DNA of 63,582 nt, filler included, from Stramenopiles sp. TOSAG23-2 (Eukaryota): assembly GCA_900128395.1 (NCBI GenBank). It is 20 parts of 20 records of this genome, joined end to end, with 100 filler letters (N's around TTAATTAATTAA, not from the genome) between each part and the next. Parts side by side here need not be neighbours in the genome. Positions count along the whole stretch, not along the records: positions 1 to 3,107 come from LT651367.1; positions 3,208 to 6,314 come from LT651368.1; positions 6,415 to 9,518 come from LT651369.1; positions 9,619 to 12,721 come from LT651370.1; 16 more parts are not named here. One strand, 5' to 3'. A model generated the notes under the pieces. It searched no databases and was not told where the DNA came from. It worked only from the letters and a program-made list of their open reading frames with translations. Below are positions 1 through 12,135 of the stretch, piece after piece. The translations under genes were made by a program, and so were the position numbers. Numbering within the stretch: position 1 is the first letter of the stretch; every line of letters starts with the position of its first letter.

Positions 1-120
1 TAAAAACTAATTATAAAATATCTATTTTTTAATACGCACTCTAAATTTATAAGAATATAATTTATATGATGTGTGTCTTTGTCACAAAATATATATAATT
101 TTTATAAAAATGTTTTGTAG

Positions 121-647
121 TTTATGAGAAAAACTTCATGTTGAGCAAAAACTATCGATGTCGTACTGATAATTATTTAAGAGCATTAAATAGCAGAGGA
201 CAATGTGTACCTAATGTATTCGTTGCTGGTGATTGTGCCGGTACACCTTCAAATGATGGCGAAGGTGATTGTGCGACACTTACATTTGGTTTGGCACATG
301 TAGAAGTTATCGTGAAAAATATTAAAAAATGTATTAAAGTTGGCTCAAACACTGGATTTCAATTACCAAAAGAATACGTAGCACCTCCTCCAATTATTTG
401 TGTTTCTACTGGACGTTATGGTGGCGTGGCTGGACAAGGGACAAAAAATGGTGACGGAAAACTTTTATTTAATTTCTGTGGAATGAATAATTACATATCA
501 AAGACATTAAAGTCGACGCATTTGTATACTGATGGAACACATAAATTATTTAAAGCCGGTAAACCAAAGCCATTAGAAGTGCCAAGACCAAAGAAAACTC
601 ATATAAAATCAGCTAAAGTTCAGCCAAGTAAACAATACGAAGTGTAG
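121..647 (+). CDS. 3' exon of an FAD-dependent pyridine nucleotide-disulfide oxidoreductase (AIFM2/FSP1-like), partial
   Basis: NVFVAGDCA second FAD-binding motif. The frame is open back to an acceptor-like tttgtag ending at 120, after an AT-rich intron-like stretch. Confidence 0.65.
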
Positions 648-940
648 AGAGACACGTGTGTGTGTGTGTGTGTGTAAAGAAGAGTGTGCGGTCAATTTTT
701 TTACATTGTGTTTACTTGATGCCCCGGTGTATGTGAAGAGATTTTGTTTGGTTGCAGAGCGTAAAAATTTTATGAAAAAAAGTATCTTATTTTATCATAT
801 TATATATTTTACGAACGTATATTTTAATATTAAAATACGAACGCGTATAAAAAGAAGTATTTACCCGCGATCGTTTAATTTTTTTAATATACGTACGAAA
901 GTAAAATTATTTTATATATTATATTTTATTCCTTTTTTTA

Positions 941-2479
941 TCATTCTCGATGATGTACCCTTGATGTTGGACCACCTAAACATCTAAATAATGATGGAAA
1001 GCAACCAACCATTTCCCCACCTTCTTCATCTTCATCAATAGTAGTAAGTCCTTCATAACCTTCCCAAAATTCTTTGCTTTGTTTGATCCATAAGAAAAAA
1101 TGACATCCTCGATGTATTGACCAACTAGTTGGAAAACGATCATTCAATGATTTATTAACAGACATTTGTCTAAATATACTATTTGCACCTTTAAATAATG
1201 TTCCTAAGTTTAAATATGTCAACAAACGACAATCTGTTTTTAAACGCATTAAAAAATCACATAATTTCAAATGTGTCTCGGCTGGAAAATTAGTTTGCAA
1301 AATAGCAATATCAGCTAATTCTACGTTTGGAAATTCAAAAACATCACCGCGATAAAAAGATAATGTGCGTTCAGACATGTGTTTATCACGTATGATAATA
1401 TAATCGCCCTTCTTTTTAGAAATCAATTCATAATCATCCGGTTTAATATTTATTAGTGTTAATAATGCTTGCTCACCAATAACATACCGTGATACAGCTA
1501 ATTCAATACCTACTACTTTTTTTAAATTACTAAATTGCAACCATGCTTGTAATGCTAGCTTTCCTGTTCCCATCCCACAATCATACAATGTTTCACAACT
1601 TGCCGCATCTAAATGCAATGAATCTAACATTTTATTTACCCCACGTGGCAAAACTTCTCCATATAACAAGCTACTACCACTGTCATTTGCTAAGATTCTA
1701 TCTTGCTCCGTTATACATAAATGCCCATCCGTACGATATCCTACTTGTTGTGCACTATTGCCAAATGCGCTATGTACTAATGATTGTGCAATTAAATACT
1801 CATCGGATAATGGTTCATCGTATATACTTTTTTCTTCCAATTCCAATTCTGTTTTTGATTCTTTCAATGCCTTGTCGCGTGATACTATGTAAAATGTTTT
1901 ACTAGCCATTTGATACCATTTTTCTTCACTATCATCATATAAAACACAATGTTTGCTTGTAACTAAATCATATTGCGTGACTGTACCGTCGTACCATTTA
2001 TTATGAGCCCACATGACTGATATTCTACAACCTAATAAACTTCTATCGGTCCAAATTGTTTTATGACTTATATGCTTTTGCAATGTTTTTAAATCTGCAA
2101 ATCGCAATCCACATTCTATACAAGAGTATGAGTCAGATGCTTGCTGCAACTTTTCATCTTGTGCTATTGCTATTTGTTCGGAGTCTACTGTGCAACTAAC
2201 ATGCGTGATCACACCTGACCTTGCACCAACATATTGTCTAGGTATAGTTGAATATATAACACGATTACTAGTTGTTGTACCGTTTACTTTACTTTTTTTC
2301 ACTGTTGATGATGTATTATTACTAGTCGTTGTATCATTTTCCTCCACACTACGTTGGTTTCCCCCCCCCTCTTCTTCTTGGACCCCATCTTCATCACTAT
2401 GAGTTGTTTTAGTCACTCGCTCAATATCTTTTGCTTTTATTATTAAGCTTTGTTCATCATATTCTGACGTATCTGACAT
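941..2479 (-). CDS. DOT1: DOT1-family histone H3K79 methyltransferase with N-terminal C2H2 zinc finger and Tudor domain
   Basis: LYGEV, DCGMGTGK (SAM motif I) and GIELAVSRY (post-I); CIECGLRF...HISH zinc finger; GCRISVMWAHNKWYDGTVTQYD...HCVLYDD Tudor fold. Confidence 0.8.
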   Translation of the reverse strand: MSDTSEYDEQSLIIKAKDIERVTKTTHSDEDGVQEEEGGGNQRSVEENDTTTSNNTSSTVKKSKVNGTTTSNRVIYSTIPRQYVGARSGVITHVSCTVDSEQIAIAQDEKLQQASDSYSCIECGLRFADLKTLQKHISHKTIWTDRSLLGCRISVMWAHNKWYDGTVTQYDLVTSKHCVLYDDSEEKWYQMASKTFYIVSRDKALKESKTELELEEKSIYDEPLSDEYLIAQSLVHSAFGNSAQQVGYRTDGHLCITEQDRILANDSGSSLLYGEVLPRGVNKMLDSLHLDAASCETLYDCGMGTGKLALQAWLQFSNLKKVVGIELAVSRYVIGEQALLTLINIKPDDYELISKKKGDYIIIRDKHMSERTLSFYRGDVFEFPNVELADIAILQTNFPAETHLKLCDFLMRLKTDCRLLTYLNLGTLFKGANSIFRQMSVNKSLNDRFPTSWSIHRGCHFFLWIKQSKEFWEGYEGLTTIDEDEEGGEMVGCFPSLFRCLGGPTSRVHHRE

Positions 2480-2990
2480 TTTGTTTTTATAGATAAATAT
2501 TTACAGTGTCACAACCAAGACAAAATGATTGGATTGATGTATTGATAAAACGATTTCTTTGTTTTTTTTTTAATATATATGTATATATGTAATATGTAAT
2601 ATGGAACACGTATATATGAAATTATGAAATGTAAATTACATGTAAGAAAGTTTGTATTTAATAGTATTTTATATATGAAATGTAACATCTTTTTCTGTTC
2701 TGCTTCTGTGTCTATTCTGAAACTAAAAACATATAGTGTCGTCTATGGATTATTAAATACAACAATAACAACAATGGGGTGCAATGGTGCAATCTGGCAA
2801 TCCAGGCAATCCAATGATGAAACTAAAAAAAAAAATAGAAATGCTACAAAATAAGATTTGTTTTATTTATTATTTTAAGCCTATTTATATGCTAATTGGC
2901 TAAATGAAAAAGATCGATGCCCAAGTTAGAGCGTGTGCTTTACTTTAATGCTCTATCTGTCTTTCACTCCCGGTGATTGATGTGTGCCCC

Positions 2991-3107
2991 CCACCATCTC
3001 CTATTCATACACTACAAAACAAGTACAGTACATTCTACCATTCTACCACCATCTCCTATTCATACACTACAAAACAAGTACATTTTACCATTCTTCCACC
3101 ATCTCCG
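2991..3107. repeat. Imperfect tandem duplication at contig end
   Basis: ccaccatctcctattcatacactacaaaacaagtaca occurs twice, followed by a partial third copy. Confidence 0.75.
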
Positions 3108-3207
3108 NNNNNNNNNNNNNNNNNNNNNNNNNNNNNNNNNNNNNNNNNNNNTTAATTAATTAANNNNNNNNNNNNNNNNNNNNNNNNNNNNNNNNNNNNN
3201 NNNNNNN
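3108..3207. other. Artificial contig linker (N-run + TTAATTAATTAA + N-run); 19 such linkers recur about every 3.2 kb up to 60425-60524
   Basis: Identical 100-nt spacer with stops in all six frames. Contig lengths fall monotonically from 3107 to about 3060. Confidence 0.99.
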
Positions 3208-3942
3208 CGGTTGAATTGTTATTAAATATGGAAGAGGAGAAGGTAGTAGTGGAGGAGGAAGAAGAAGTGGTAGTGGAGAGAGGAGATGCGTGAACTTAGA
3301 GAGAGAGAGCGTGTATCTACAGTTCTTGTTAGAGGTGTGTGTGTTATATAAAAAAAATAAAATTTTACCTTCTTGAAAACAACATGTTTATTTTTGTATA
3401 AAAAACTCTAAAACTCTAGTATTTTATAACGGTGCTGTGTGGTGCTGTCCAGGCTGTGGTAATGCTGTCTACAGCCTTTTTTTTTTATTTTTATTTAAAA
3501 AAAAATACAAGTAAATAGCATTAATATAGTGGCACAACGGATTGCAGTTCTAGCTTAAGCTGCTGGGATTCAAAAAAAATAGATAAATGCGTACCCTTCA
3601 TCAATCTATGGTTAAATTTATTTCCATATCATCTTTTAATGACAATCATAATACATGCTACTATAAAATCAGTTTAAAACTATTTTTGTTCGAAAATATA
3701 TGGAGTAGTTGCAATTATTAACAACTAGTATATATGATATAACGAGTATTGTTATTAATATTACAAAGAAACAGTTTTCTCCTTCTACATTACAAATAAT
3801 ACACAACTAATCTAACTTTACATAAAAATACGAAACACAACTTTTATACAACAAACCTAAAGATACATTAAAATAAAATAAAGAAATACATACTTATATA
3901 TACACATATACATATATCACTACACAATAAATATTATATACA

Positions 3943-4414
3943 ATGTCGAAAAAGAAAATAGCAAATTTAGTTACAAATATACAAGAGACAGAAGAACTCA
4001 ATGTAATTATTGAAGAAAATCCAAAACATTTATTAGGTATGTATATTATAACATAATAACAATACGTCTACTTATAAACACGAAAACACTAACAAACACT
4101 TACAACTACATAAATAAACAATACAACATACCACAGTCATAGAAGCATTTAAAGATTGGTGTGGTCCGTGTGAAGTATTAAATCCAACATATGAGCAAAT
4201 ATATATTAAAACTGAAAGTGCTGAAAAACGTGTAATGTTTTTAACTTGTTCTAGAAAAAAACATGAATTATTGCAAAATGTGGATAAAACAGATAGTTGC
4301 AAACCAATTATTGTTTTATATAAAAATGGTAAAATTGTTGCAAGAATTGCAGGTGCAAATGCACCAGAATTAGTTGCACAATGTGAAGAATTTATGCCAA
4401 TATTAGAAAATTAA
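3943..4414 (+). CDS. Thioredoxin, axonemal dynein light-chain/NME8-type; 2 exons (3943-4036, 4137-4414); absent from the ORF track
   Basis: Intron 4037-4136 (gtatgt...actaac...cacag). Spliced product MSKKKIANL...LLVIEAFKDWCGPCEVLNP...DSCKPIIVLYKNG...IAGANAPEL...PILEN*, with WCGPC active site. Confidence 0.9.
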
Positions 4415-4742
4415 ATAAATGTCATGAAAAACGTGTGTGTGTGATGTATTTAAAAAAAATATGATACGAGAATTATTTGGATAAAAAAAAATATTATATA
4501 CGAGAGAGTAAAAAATTAATTACTCTCGCTAAAACGCAAAACTTTAATAAACTTTTGTAAACATCCTCTCTCCTCTAATTTAAAATAGATCTCGAATATA
4601 TTTATTATAATAGTGTTTAATAATATATTTTAATGCGCGCGCTCTCTCTCTTTTGTGTCTCTTAAGATCTACTTCTAATAACTGTTATCATCGTGATACT
4701 GATCTTTCTTACAACACACACACCCGAAATTAGAAGATTTTT

Positions 4743-5714
4743 TTAAAATTCTTTAAATGGATCAACACCATCTGCAAATGTTGGTGGTTGTGGTGCTTCT
4801 GTTGATTCTGGATATGGATCGAAATTTGATGTATCTGTATCATCTTTCACATCTGGTATAATAGGGGCAACCACTTTTTTTGCCAACATATCATCCCAAT
4901 TGACTGCATCTGGTTCCGTTGCTAACCATTTATGACCTTTTAATAATGCAACACCTGGAAATTTCGTTCCTAAACGTTTGGTGGTATCTATTTTTAACAA
5001 ACCTTTGATAAATAATTTTGCACTACGTTCAAAATAACGTGGAAATGCAACTTTACCAGCTAAAATTTGTTGGTATATACCCATTGGATCGCTATCGACG
5101 AATGGTGGTTGCCCATGCAACGATTCAAAGACTAATATACCTAATGTCCACCAATCAACTGGTTTACCATGTCCTTTATTTAATAATACTTCTGGTGCAA
5201 TGTATTCTGGTGTACCACATAACGTATATGTTTTATCAGGTACTTTTTTTGCAAAACCAAAATCAGTAATTTTTAAATAACCAACTTTATCTAATAATAA
5301 ATTTTCAGGCTTTAAATCACGATAGATAATATCTAAATTATGTATGTATTCAAATACCATCACAATTTGAGAGGCATAAAAACGTGCTGTGGAATTATCA
5401 AAACGTCCTTTTTTACGTAAATGTGTAAAAAATTCACCACCTACAATATATTCCAATACCATGTATAAATATAATTGATCTTGAAACGTACCAGCCATTT
5501 TTACAATATATGGAAAATCCAATGCTTCTAAAATCGCCTTTTCGCTTTGTATATGCTCCACTTGCTCCAAACGCACTACTTCTATTTTTTTTAACATTTT
5601 AATAGCATATGGTGCACCAGTTTCCATATCAGTTGCAAAACGTACACGTCCAAACGAACCAGTACCTAACGTTACACCAACATTATAATCTTGTAAATTT
5701 TGTTTTTTTGCCAT
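4743..5714 (-). CDS. PRKAC: cAMP-dependent protein kinase catalytic subunit
   Basis: LGTGSFGRV, YRDLKPEN, DFGFAK, TYTLCGTPEY, DTSNFD and C-terminal FxxF. Confidence 0.96.
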   Translation of the reverse strand: MAKKQNLQDYNVGVTLGTGSFGRVRFATDMETGAPYAIKMLKKIEVVRLEQVEHIQSEKAILEALDFPYIVKMAGTFQDQLYLYMVLEYIVGGEFFTHLRKKGRFDNSTARFYASQIVMVFEYIHNLDIIYRDLKPENLLLDKVGYLKITDFGFAKKVPDKTYTLCGTPEYIAPEVLLNKGHGKPVDWWTLGILVFESLHGQPPFVDSDPMGIYQQILAGKVAFPRYFERSAKLFIKGLLKIDTTKRLGTKFPGVALLKGHKWLATEPDAVNWDDMLAKKVVAPIIPDVKDDTDTSNFDPYPESTEAPQPPTFADGVDPFKEF

Positions 5715-7297
5715 GGTACGTATGTGTGTGTGTGTTTGTGTATAAATGATATATTTATTCGATATATCTGTACACAGGTGTTTAATGTGAGGCTATTATA
5801 TACCTATTTGTATATATATATAAATAAATCACACAATCAAGGTGATGGGAATGTATATATATTTGTGTGTGTGTGTGCGTGTGTGTGTTTATTTATGTGT
5901 GTTTATTTATTATTATTAGAAGAAGAACGAAATATTGTAATGGAGAGTAGTAGTTTATTGTTATTTCATTATTACACTGTTTATCATTGGATCTAACAGA
6001 TTATTATTAATAGTTAGTACGTTAGTTATTAATAGTACCAAGTATAATACAAAGTACAAGCCATAAAGCAACCAAACAAAACAACCAAAACGTACAACGA
6101 TAAAAGATAAAAGATAAAAAAAGGCTGGAAAAGAAATTGCGGATATAGAGAATAGATAGAGAGCGATAGAAAGCGATAGAAAGGGACCGAGTACTAGATA
6201 TATAGTCTAACACTCCAATTCCACAGTCCACAGTATTCACCTGCTATATGGTATACAAGATACAAGATAGACATATACCCAATAAGATATAAATTTGGAC
6301 ACTCGGACCCAGCCNNNNNNNNNNNNNNNNNNNNNNNNNNNNNNNNNNNNNNNNNNNNTTAATTAATTAANNNNNNNNNNNNNNNNNNNNNNNNNNNNNN
6401 NNNNNNNNNNNNNNTGTGGTGGGCGTGTTTGTGTGTGTACAAACATACTGAAATATATTTTATGCTCATATGTACGTAGTAGATTGTAGAAAAGAAGAAA
6501 GGAACGCGCAAGGGGCTTGTTATGTGTATTGTATTTTAATTATATATAGGTACTATGATATGGTTTTAAATATGATAGATGATGATTAAAATCTTAAGTG
6601 TTATATTTTTAATTTAATTAAATGAAATCTTAAAGTTAGATTAAATAAAATTTATCAATACTCCACCCTACCGCCCACACAAAATACAAAATCTCCATTA
6701 AGCCCATCATTACGCATAATTTTTTTTTAATTTACTCATGATAATTCCTACTCGTCAAAAGAATAAAATAACTGAAATAATCTATCTCACACAAGTGTGT
6801 TGATATTCTCATAATCGAAAATACCAATGAAGGTAAATAGATAGTATCAACTACTCATAATAGCTGATGGAAAACGTGTTATATATCATATATAAAAATT
6901 TCTCTTCTTTATAATTTAAAGATTTTATTTACCCATATATATATACTTCGTATATAATAATTTTACACTAAAAAATATTAATAATATAGATTTTATCATA
7001 TCATATGCATATTTATTTTATATTTTATTTTTACTCGTATAATTTTACCTTCATTTGGTGGTAATTCGTAAATCATCTGGTACAGTAATCTGATAATCTA
7101 ATGCGGATAGAGTTATTAGTCTGCCACAGTCGTCTGCGAAAGTGGTGCAGAGGTGATGTGGTTTTACTTTTACATTTAGTTTTTAATCTCATCAAAGAGA
7201 GAGAGTTCTTTCTGCACTTCTGTTTACTTTATATACTGTACGTATCATAGCTGTACTGAGACCAATTTGAAAATTATTTTTCTTTTTTTGCTGTGTG

Positions 7298-8815
7298 TTA
7301 TTTTTTATCCAAGGGAAGTTCATTTTGAGGAGATACACTGGGAGAAATTGGTAGCATTGTTACCTCTTTATTGTTTGTATTTCGTACTTTTGTATTTTTC
7401 TGTTTATATTTATATAGACGTTTACAGCAGCAGAAAATCAAAATACACAAAGCAGCTGCAGCACCACCAAAAATGTACAATAGCGTATTGCTGATACCAG
7501 GTAGCAAATTTTTGGTGGTGCTTGAAGAGGTGTTGTCAATACTTTCCGGGTTGCCTGTAGTCTCATTGTGGCTATTATTATCTTCATTGCTGGAAGTATC
7601 AATTTCATTGTGGCCATTATTATCTCCATTGCTTGGAGTATAAATTACACTGTCACCACAAGGTTGTGTATTTGTTTCCAAGCGACGCCCTGCTGTAGTT
7701 TTGCAGACATCTTTAATGTTGGAATACGAAGCTTCTAGTGAAGCTACTTTGGCTAAAAGGGCACCCAATGTCACATTCATAGATTGTATTGTCAGAGATA
7801 GTAATGTGTTGTTTCTTTGTAATTGATCAAGTAACACTTCGTTTGAATTTGCTTTTGCTTCATTTGAAGATGATTTTGCTTCATTTTCTTGTATTTTCAG
7901 ATATAATGAAGTGTCGTTTCTATGTAGATTACCAAGTAACACTTCGTTTGAATTTGCTTTTGCTTCATTTTCTTGTATTTTCAGATATAATGCAGTGTCG
8001 TTTCTATGTAGATTACCAAGCAACACTTCGTTTGCATTTGCTTTTGCTTCGTTTGCATTTGCTTTTATTTGAATATTTTGAATATTTGAATTTGTATTGC
8101 TCATATTTACACCTTCTACGATGCAAGTTGCTGCGCCAGCGGCGGACGTTTTCCCGCTATCACACGCAATGCAGCTGGAAGCGTTTGCGTGGAAATTTAC
8201 ATCTGTACCTGGATCACTTAAGTATTTTCCAGCGACGCAAAATTCACAATCGCCTATAGAGCGTTTATCTGCATTGATTCCGGTATATGTACCAGCAGGA
8301 CAAATGCTGCATTCTGATGATCCTTTCGTTGCAAATTTTCCAGCTGGGCATTCGGTGCATTCAAGGTCTCCACTAGCACTAAAAAATCCTGCGCCACATT
8401 CGCTACATTGTTTTTTACAAATACATGTATAACCATTGCTGCATGCTGTACCAGGAAGTACTGAAGCATCACTTGTAAACCTGTATTCAAATGTCAAAAG
8501 TGCGTTTCCTCCAGGAGATGGTGCCCCGCCACTAAAATAGCATCCTTGGGGTTGGCTACTACCAAAACTGAGGGTAGCAGAAGTTGTTGGGGCTTGGTTG
8601 TAATCTTCAGCAAATCGTAAACCAGGCTGTTGTACCCATTTATAGAAGTTAAAACATTCCGCAGAACTTGAAGGCCGGTCATCAGCAGAACTACCGCATG
8701 TCCCAGACGTAATCACTGGACCGAAATAAGCCTCTCCAGCTGGGCAACTAGTAATCGTTGCATCCGATACTTTGGATAGTAAGAAAGCAATGAACCAAAT
8801 GCTACATAAATACAT
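7298..8815 (-). CDS. Type I membrane surface protein: signal peptide, Cys-rich (GCC2_GCC3/ephrin-receptor-like) repeats, repetitive coiled-coil stalk, TM helix
   Basis: Hydrophobic N-terminus; repeated CxxCPAG(K/T)(F/Y); NEAKANSNEVLLGNLHRNDTxLYLKIQE repeats; TM LLYIFGGAAAALCILIFCCC followed by basic residues. Confidence 0.8.
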   Translation of the reverse strand: MYLCSIWFIAFLLSKVSDATITSCPAGEAYFGPVITSGTCGSSADDRPSSSAECFNFYKWVQQPGLRFAEDYNQAPTTSATLSFGSSQPQGCYFSGGAPSPGGNALLTFEYRFTSDASVLPGTACSNGYTCICKKQCSECGAGFFSASGDLECTECPAGKFATKGSSECSICPAGTYTGINADKRSIGDCEFCVAGKYLSDPGTDVNFHANASSCIACDSGKTSAAGAATCIVEGVNMSNTNSNIQNIQIKANANEAKANANEVLLGNLHRNDTALYLKIQENEAKANSNEVLLGNLHRNDTSLYLKIQENEAKSSSNEAKANSNEVLLDQLQRNNTLLSLTIQSMNVTLGALLAKVASLEASYSNIKDVCKTTAGRRLETNTQPCGDSVIYTPSNGDNNGHNEIDTSSNEDNNSHNETTGNPESIDNTSSSTTKNLLPGISNTLLYIFGGAAAALCILIFCCCKRLYKYKQKNTKVRNTNNKEVTMLPISPSVSPQNELPLDKK

Positions 8816-10134
8816 GTATCCAATAATAACCTAAATAGTTGTATTGGTGTATGCTGGAGTAAAGCCTCCAAATCTATTTTTCTGTAGTATAACGTAATTT
8901 ATTTTAATCATTAATTCTGCAATAGCGTAATGCGTAATTGTTTCTCTGGGCACCATAGATCTTCAGGTCCAAATCTACGTTTTCCATTTCCCAGAGAGAA
9001 GACTTAATTGAGACGTAGACGATAGACGATAGACGACTCTTCTCTAAAAAACATAAACAACACAGCGTTTTTTTTTTTTTTTCACACTAAGCACCTAACC
9101 ATACCAGGTACATACTGGCAAGGAAAATCTTTGGTGTCCACCAGCTAACCGGCTAACCAGCTAACAAGCTAACCTGGCTAACCATGTTAATGTAGCTCTA
9201 ACTCTCTCTCTTCTTACCTGTATTGTGTCTTTCCAGTTCCAGCATAATTTTCAATTATTCAGGGATTTCGTTATTTGATAGGTGATCTGCATATACTAAT
9301 TTCCCTTCCAAGTAGAAATAAAGGGAAGAAACCCTACTCACATCATAATTATTATTTTTTTTTAAAATTACAAAGCACACAAGCACACAAAATGAATAAA
9401 TAGAATATATGCATATGTATATAATTGAAACAATACAATCAAGGTAAATTGAATATATAATATATATATATAAGATCAATCTTCCGTTGTATTTTGTATT
9501 CATCTAATTGAATTTTTTNNNNNNNNNNNNNNNNNNNNNNNNNNNNNNNNNNNNNNNNNNNNTTAATTAATTAANNNNNNNNNNNNNNNNNNNNNNNNNN
9601 NNNNNNNNNNNNNNNNNNTCACCCATACAAAGAAAAATAAAAAATGTTTTACATAATACGTTTTAAAAGCGAGGTTTAGATTTGAATTAAAATGATGTTT
9701 GTTGAAATTGAGTAAATAATATATCTCTTTTTTAGAGAGGAAAGAGAGGCATTTTTTTTCGTCGTGGGCACAATTTCATTGTTGGGCAGCGCGGAAAATG
9801 TAATATCGTGTACGTATCTGTATATTAATATATACACGAGTACAAATATATATATGATGGTATCATACAAATATAATAATCATGGTTAAAATCTAAGTTA
9901 TAATATTTTTACACTTCTCGTGTTAAAGTAATATGACCATCAAGAACCACCATGATGAGGCCTACTATTTCTCATTTAAAAAGAATTTAAAAATATTTTA
10001 ACGACATTAGTATACTGATATCGAACGCAATGTATATTTAAAAAAAAAAAAATACTCTTTTACCTATTGGAAAATACAAGTACAAAAATGCAAAATTATC
10101 GCGTGTGTGGTATGTAGTTGTTTTTACTCCCCAG

Positions 10135-12135
10135 TTATTTACTTTTTAAAAAAACAATTGAAGCAAGCGCAGCAATGCCTACTGCAATTGCACCATAACC
10201 AACATAATCATTAAAGCTTAAATCATTTGAATCTGATTTTTTCTTTTTCTTTTTCTTCTTTTTTTTTTTGCTACCGGGTACTTTTGATTTTTTATTTTTA
10301 CTATTATTATTATCATTACTTCTTAATGTTTTCTTATTTGTATTCTGGATAGTAGATGACGTATTAGTACTATTTTGTTGAGGCGGGTGTCCACCTAAAA
10401 ATGATGGTGGTAATACATTTTGTAACGGTGATGGTGCTGTTGATTGCTGAGCTTGTAATTTTGCTGCTTGTTCAGCTGCACGTGCTTCTTTTCCTCTCGT
10501 ATCATCTCCAAAGCGTTTTCCCGTTTTATTAGCCTTTCTTAATTTTTTCCCCAACTTCATTTTTTGTTTCTTATCACGCTGTAAACGTTCTTTAATATTA
10601 ACTCTTAATTTTTTCAATAAATCTACTCGTTTTTCATTATACAACAAACTTCCTTTTACTGCCCATAAATTACTTAATTCACTTTTTACCTTTTTAATAT
10701 CTCCACTATCGTTCCTTTCTACCATTGCTAGTGCCTTTTGTAACCTTGCATCATCAACTTGCTGTAAAAGGTTCATGCTCCTCTTTAATTTAAATGCAGC
10801 TATTTTATTTATGTAGTTGATATGTTGAACAATAATTTTATCTTGAATCATCGTAGTCAATTCTTCATTTGGTGGTACATTTATTGAGGCGGTACCATTA
10901 TCTTTTTCTAATATCAAATTGTTCAAATCTGTAACAAATGTTTGTAACAATTTTATAGATTTTTTTACATTATTGCTTTTGCTAGTATCATCTGAAGTAG
11001 AAGTATCATCTTTTGATTTCTCTTCTTCTTTAGCAGCAGTTGCAGCAGCATTACTTTTCTTCAATTTTGCCTTCAATGAACGATGATATTTCTCAATATC
11101 ACGATATGCTTGAAATAACTTTACATCATCGCTATCCGATGGTTTACAATATTTATCTATAACCTCGCTGCATCCAAAAATTGACATAGATACTGCTTTT
11201 TCAATATTGTCTTTACCTAAAATATTTGCGCATATAGCTAAATTTAAATGAATTTCATTGAGTAATATTTTGCGTTTACTTGCATATGGTTCACCCCATT
11301 TCAACGCGCCTCGCGCTGGAAATTTCGATTTAATAGTATATCCATGTAAAAAATCAATTCCAATTTGATATTGTTTTACCGCTTCGAACACAGCTGCTAA
11401 ATACATTTTGGTTCCTTGCACATCAGGTGGCGGTGAAGTTTGCCATTTTTTCTCCCATAGCTTATTTGCTGATACCAATGCCTCTTTTGCACGGCTTATT
11501 TTCTCCTCTCGCAACATACGTTTTCTACCAGGTACATGGAATTGAACTTGATCAGGTTTGACATGTAAAATTCCACTTTCATATTTTCGTTGATTTGCTA
11601 GTTTTAAATCTTTGCCATTTCCGTCATTTCCCCAGTCTAAATGTACTACATATTCATCGCACACTTGGTTTTGAGCACGTCCTAATCCTTTCAATCCTGG
11701 CTTTTTTCCACCAACATCCCCATTATCATCGTCTAATGCGACGTAAACTTCATTGACGGGATCCCATACGCGACCTTCCACAAATTTTCCAGCACCATAC
11801 GGTGGTACTTTAACATAAACATCTTTTGTTTGACCAGTTTCTTTCAACATTAATTTTTCCAAAATTTCTCTTCCCAATGCCGGTATCGATGGTCCTCTTT
11901 TTTGCAATCTACGAGTAGTACTATAACCATAGAAAATAGGGGATGATTTTTCAAATATATTTGCATCATTTCCTTTGTCATTATTATTGGTGGTATTGTT
12001 ATTTGATAAATCCCGCGAAAGCCATATACCATTTGCTATTGCTGGATGTCGTTTTTTGGTATGTTCAATTCTTCGCTGTTTGGCAGCATCAACCCTGTTA
12101 TATTGATTCATGTTAAAATTTTGCATCATATTCAT
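10135..12135 (-). CDS. Hypothetical tail-anchored protein with a TPR-like helical region
   Basis: 666-aa ORF; TPR-like segment IHLNLAICANILG...CSEVI; Lys tract followed by C-terminal TM YVGYGAIAVGIAALASIVFLKSK. Confidence 0.65.
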   Translation of the reverse strand: MNMMQNFNMNQYNRVDAAKQRRIEHTKKRHPAIANGIWLSRDLSNNNTTNNNDKGNDANIFEKSSPIFYGYSTTRRLQKRGPSIPALGREILEKLMLKETGQTKDVYVKVPPYGAGKFVEGRVWDPVNEVYVALDDDNGDVGGKKPGLKGLGRAQNQVCDEYVVHLDWGNDGNGKDLKLANQRKYESGILHVKPDQVQFHVPGRKRMLREEKISRAKEALVSANKLWEKKWQTSPPPDVQGTKMYLAAVFEAVKQYQIGIDFLHGYTIKSKFPARGALKWGEPYASKRKILLNEIHLNLAICANILGKDNIEKAVSMSIFGCSEVIDKYCKPSDSDDVKLFQAYRDIEKYHRSLKAKLKKSNAAATAAKEEEKSKDDTSTSDDTSKSNNVKKSIKLLQTFVTDLNNLILEKDNGTASINVPPNEELTTMIQDKIIVQHINYINKIAAFKLKRSMNLLQQVDDARLQKALAMVERNDSGDIKKVKSELSNLWAVKGSLLYNEKRVDLLKKLRVNIKERLQRDKKQKMKLGKKLRKANKTGKRFGDDTRGKEARAAEQAAKLQAQQSTAPSPLQNVLPPSFLGGHPPQQNSTNTSSTIQNTNKKTLRSNDNNNSKNKKSKVPGSKKKKKKKKKKKSDSNDLSFNDYVGYGAIAVGIAALASIVFLKSK

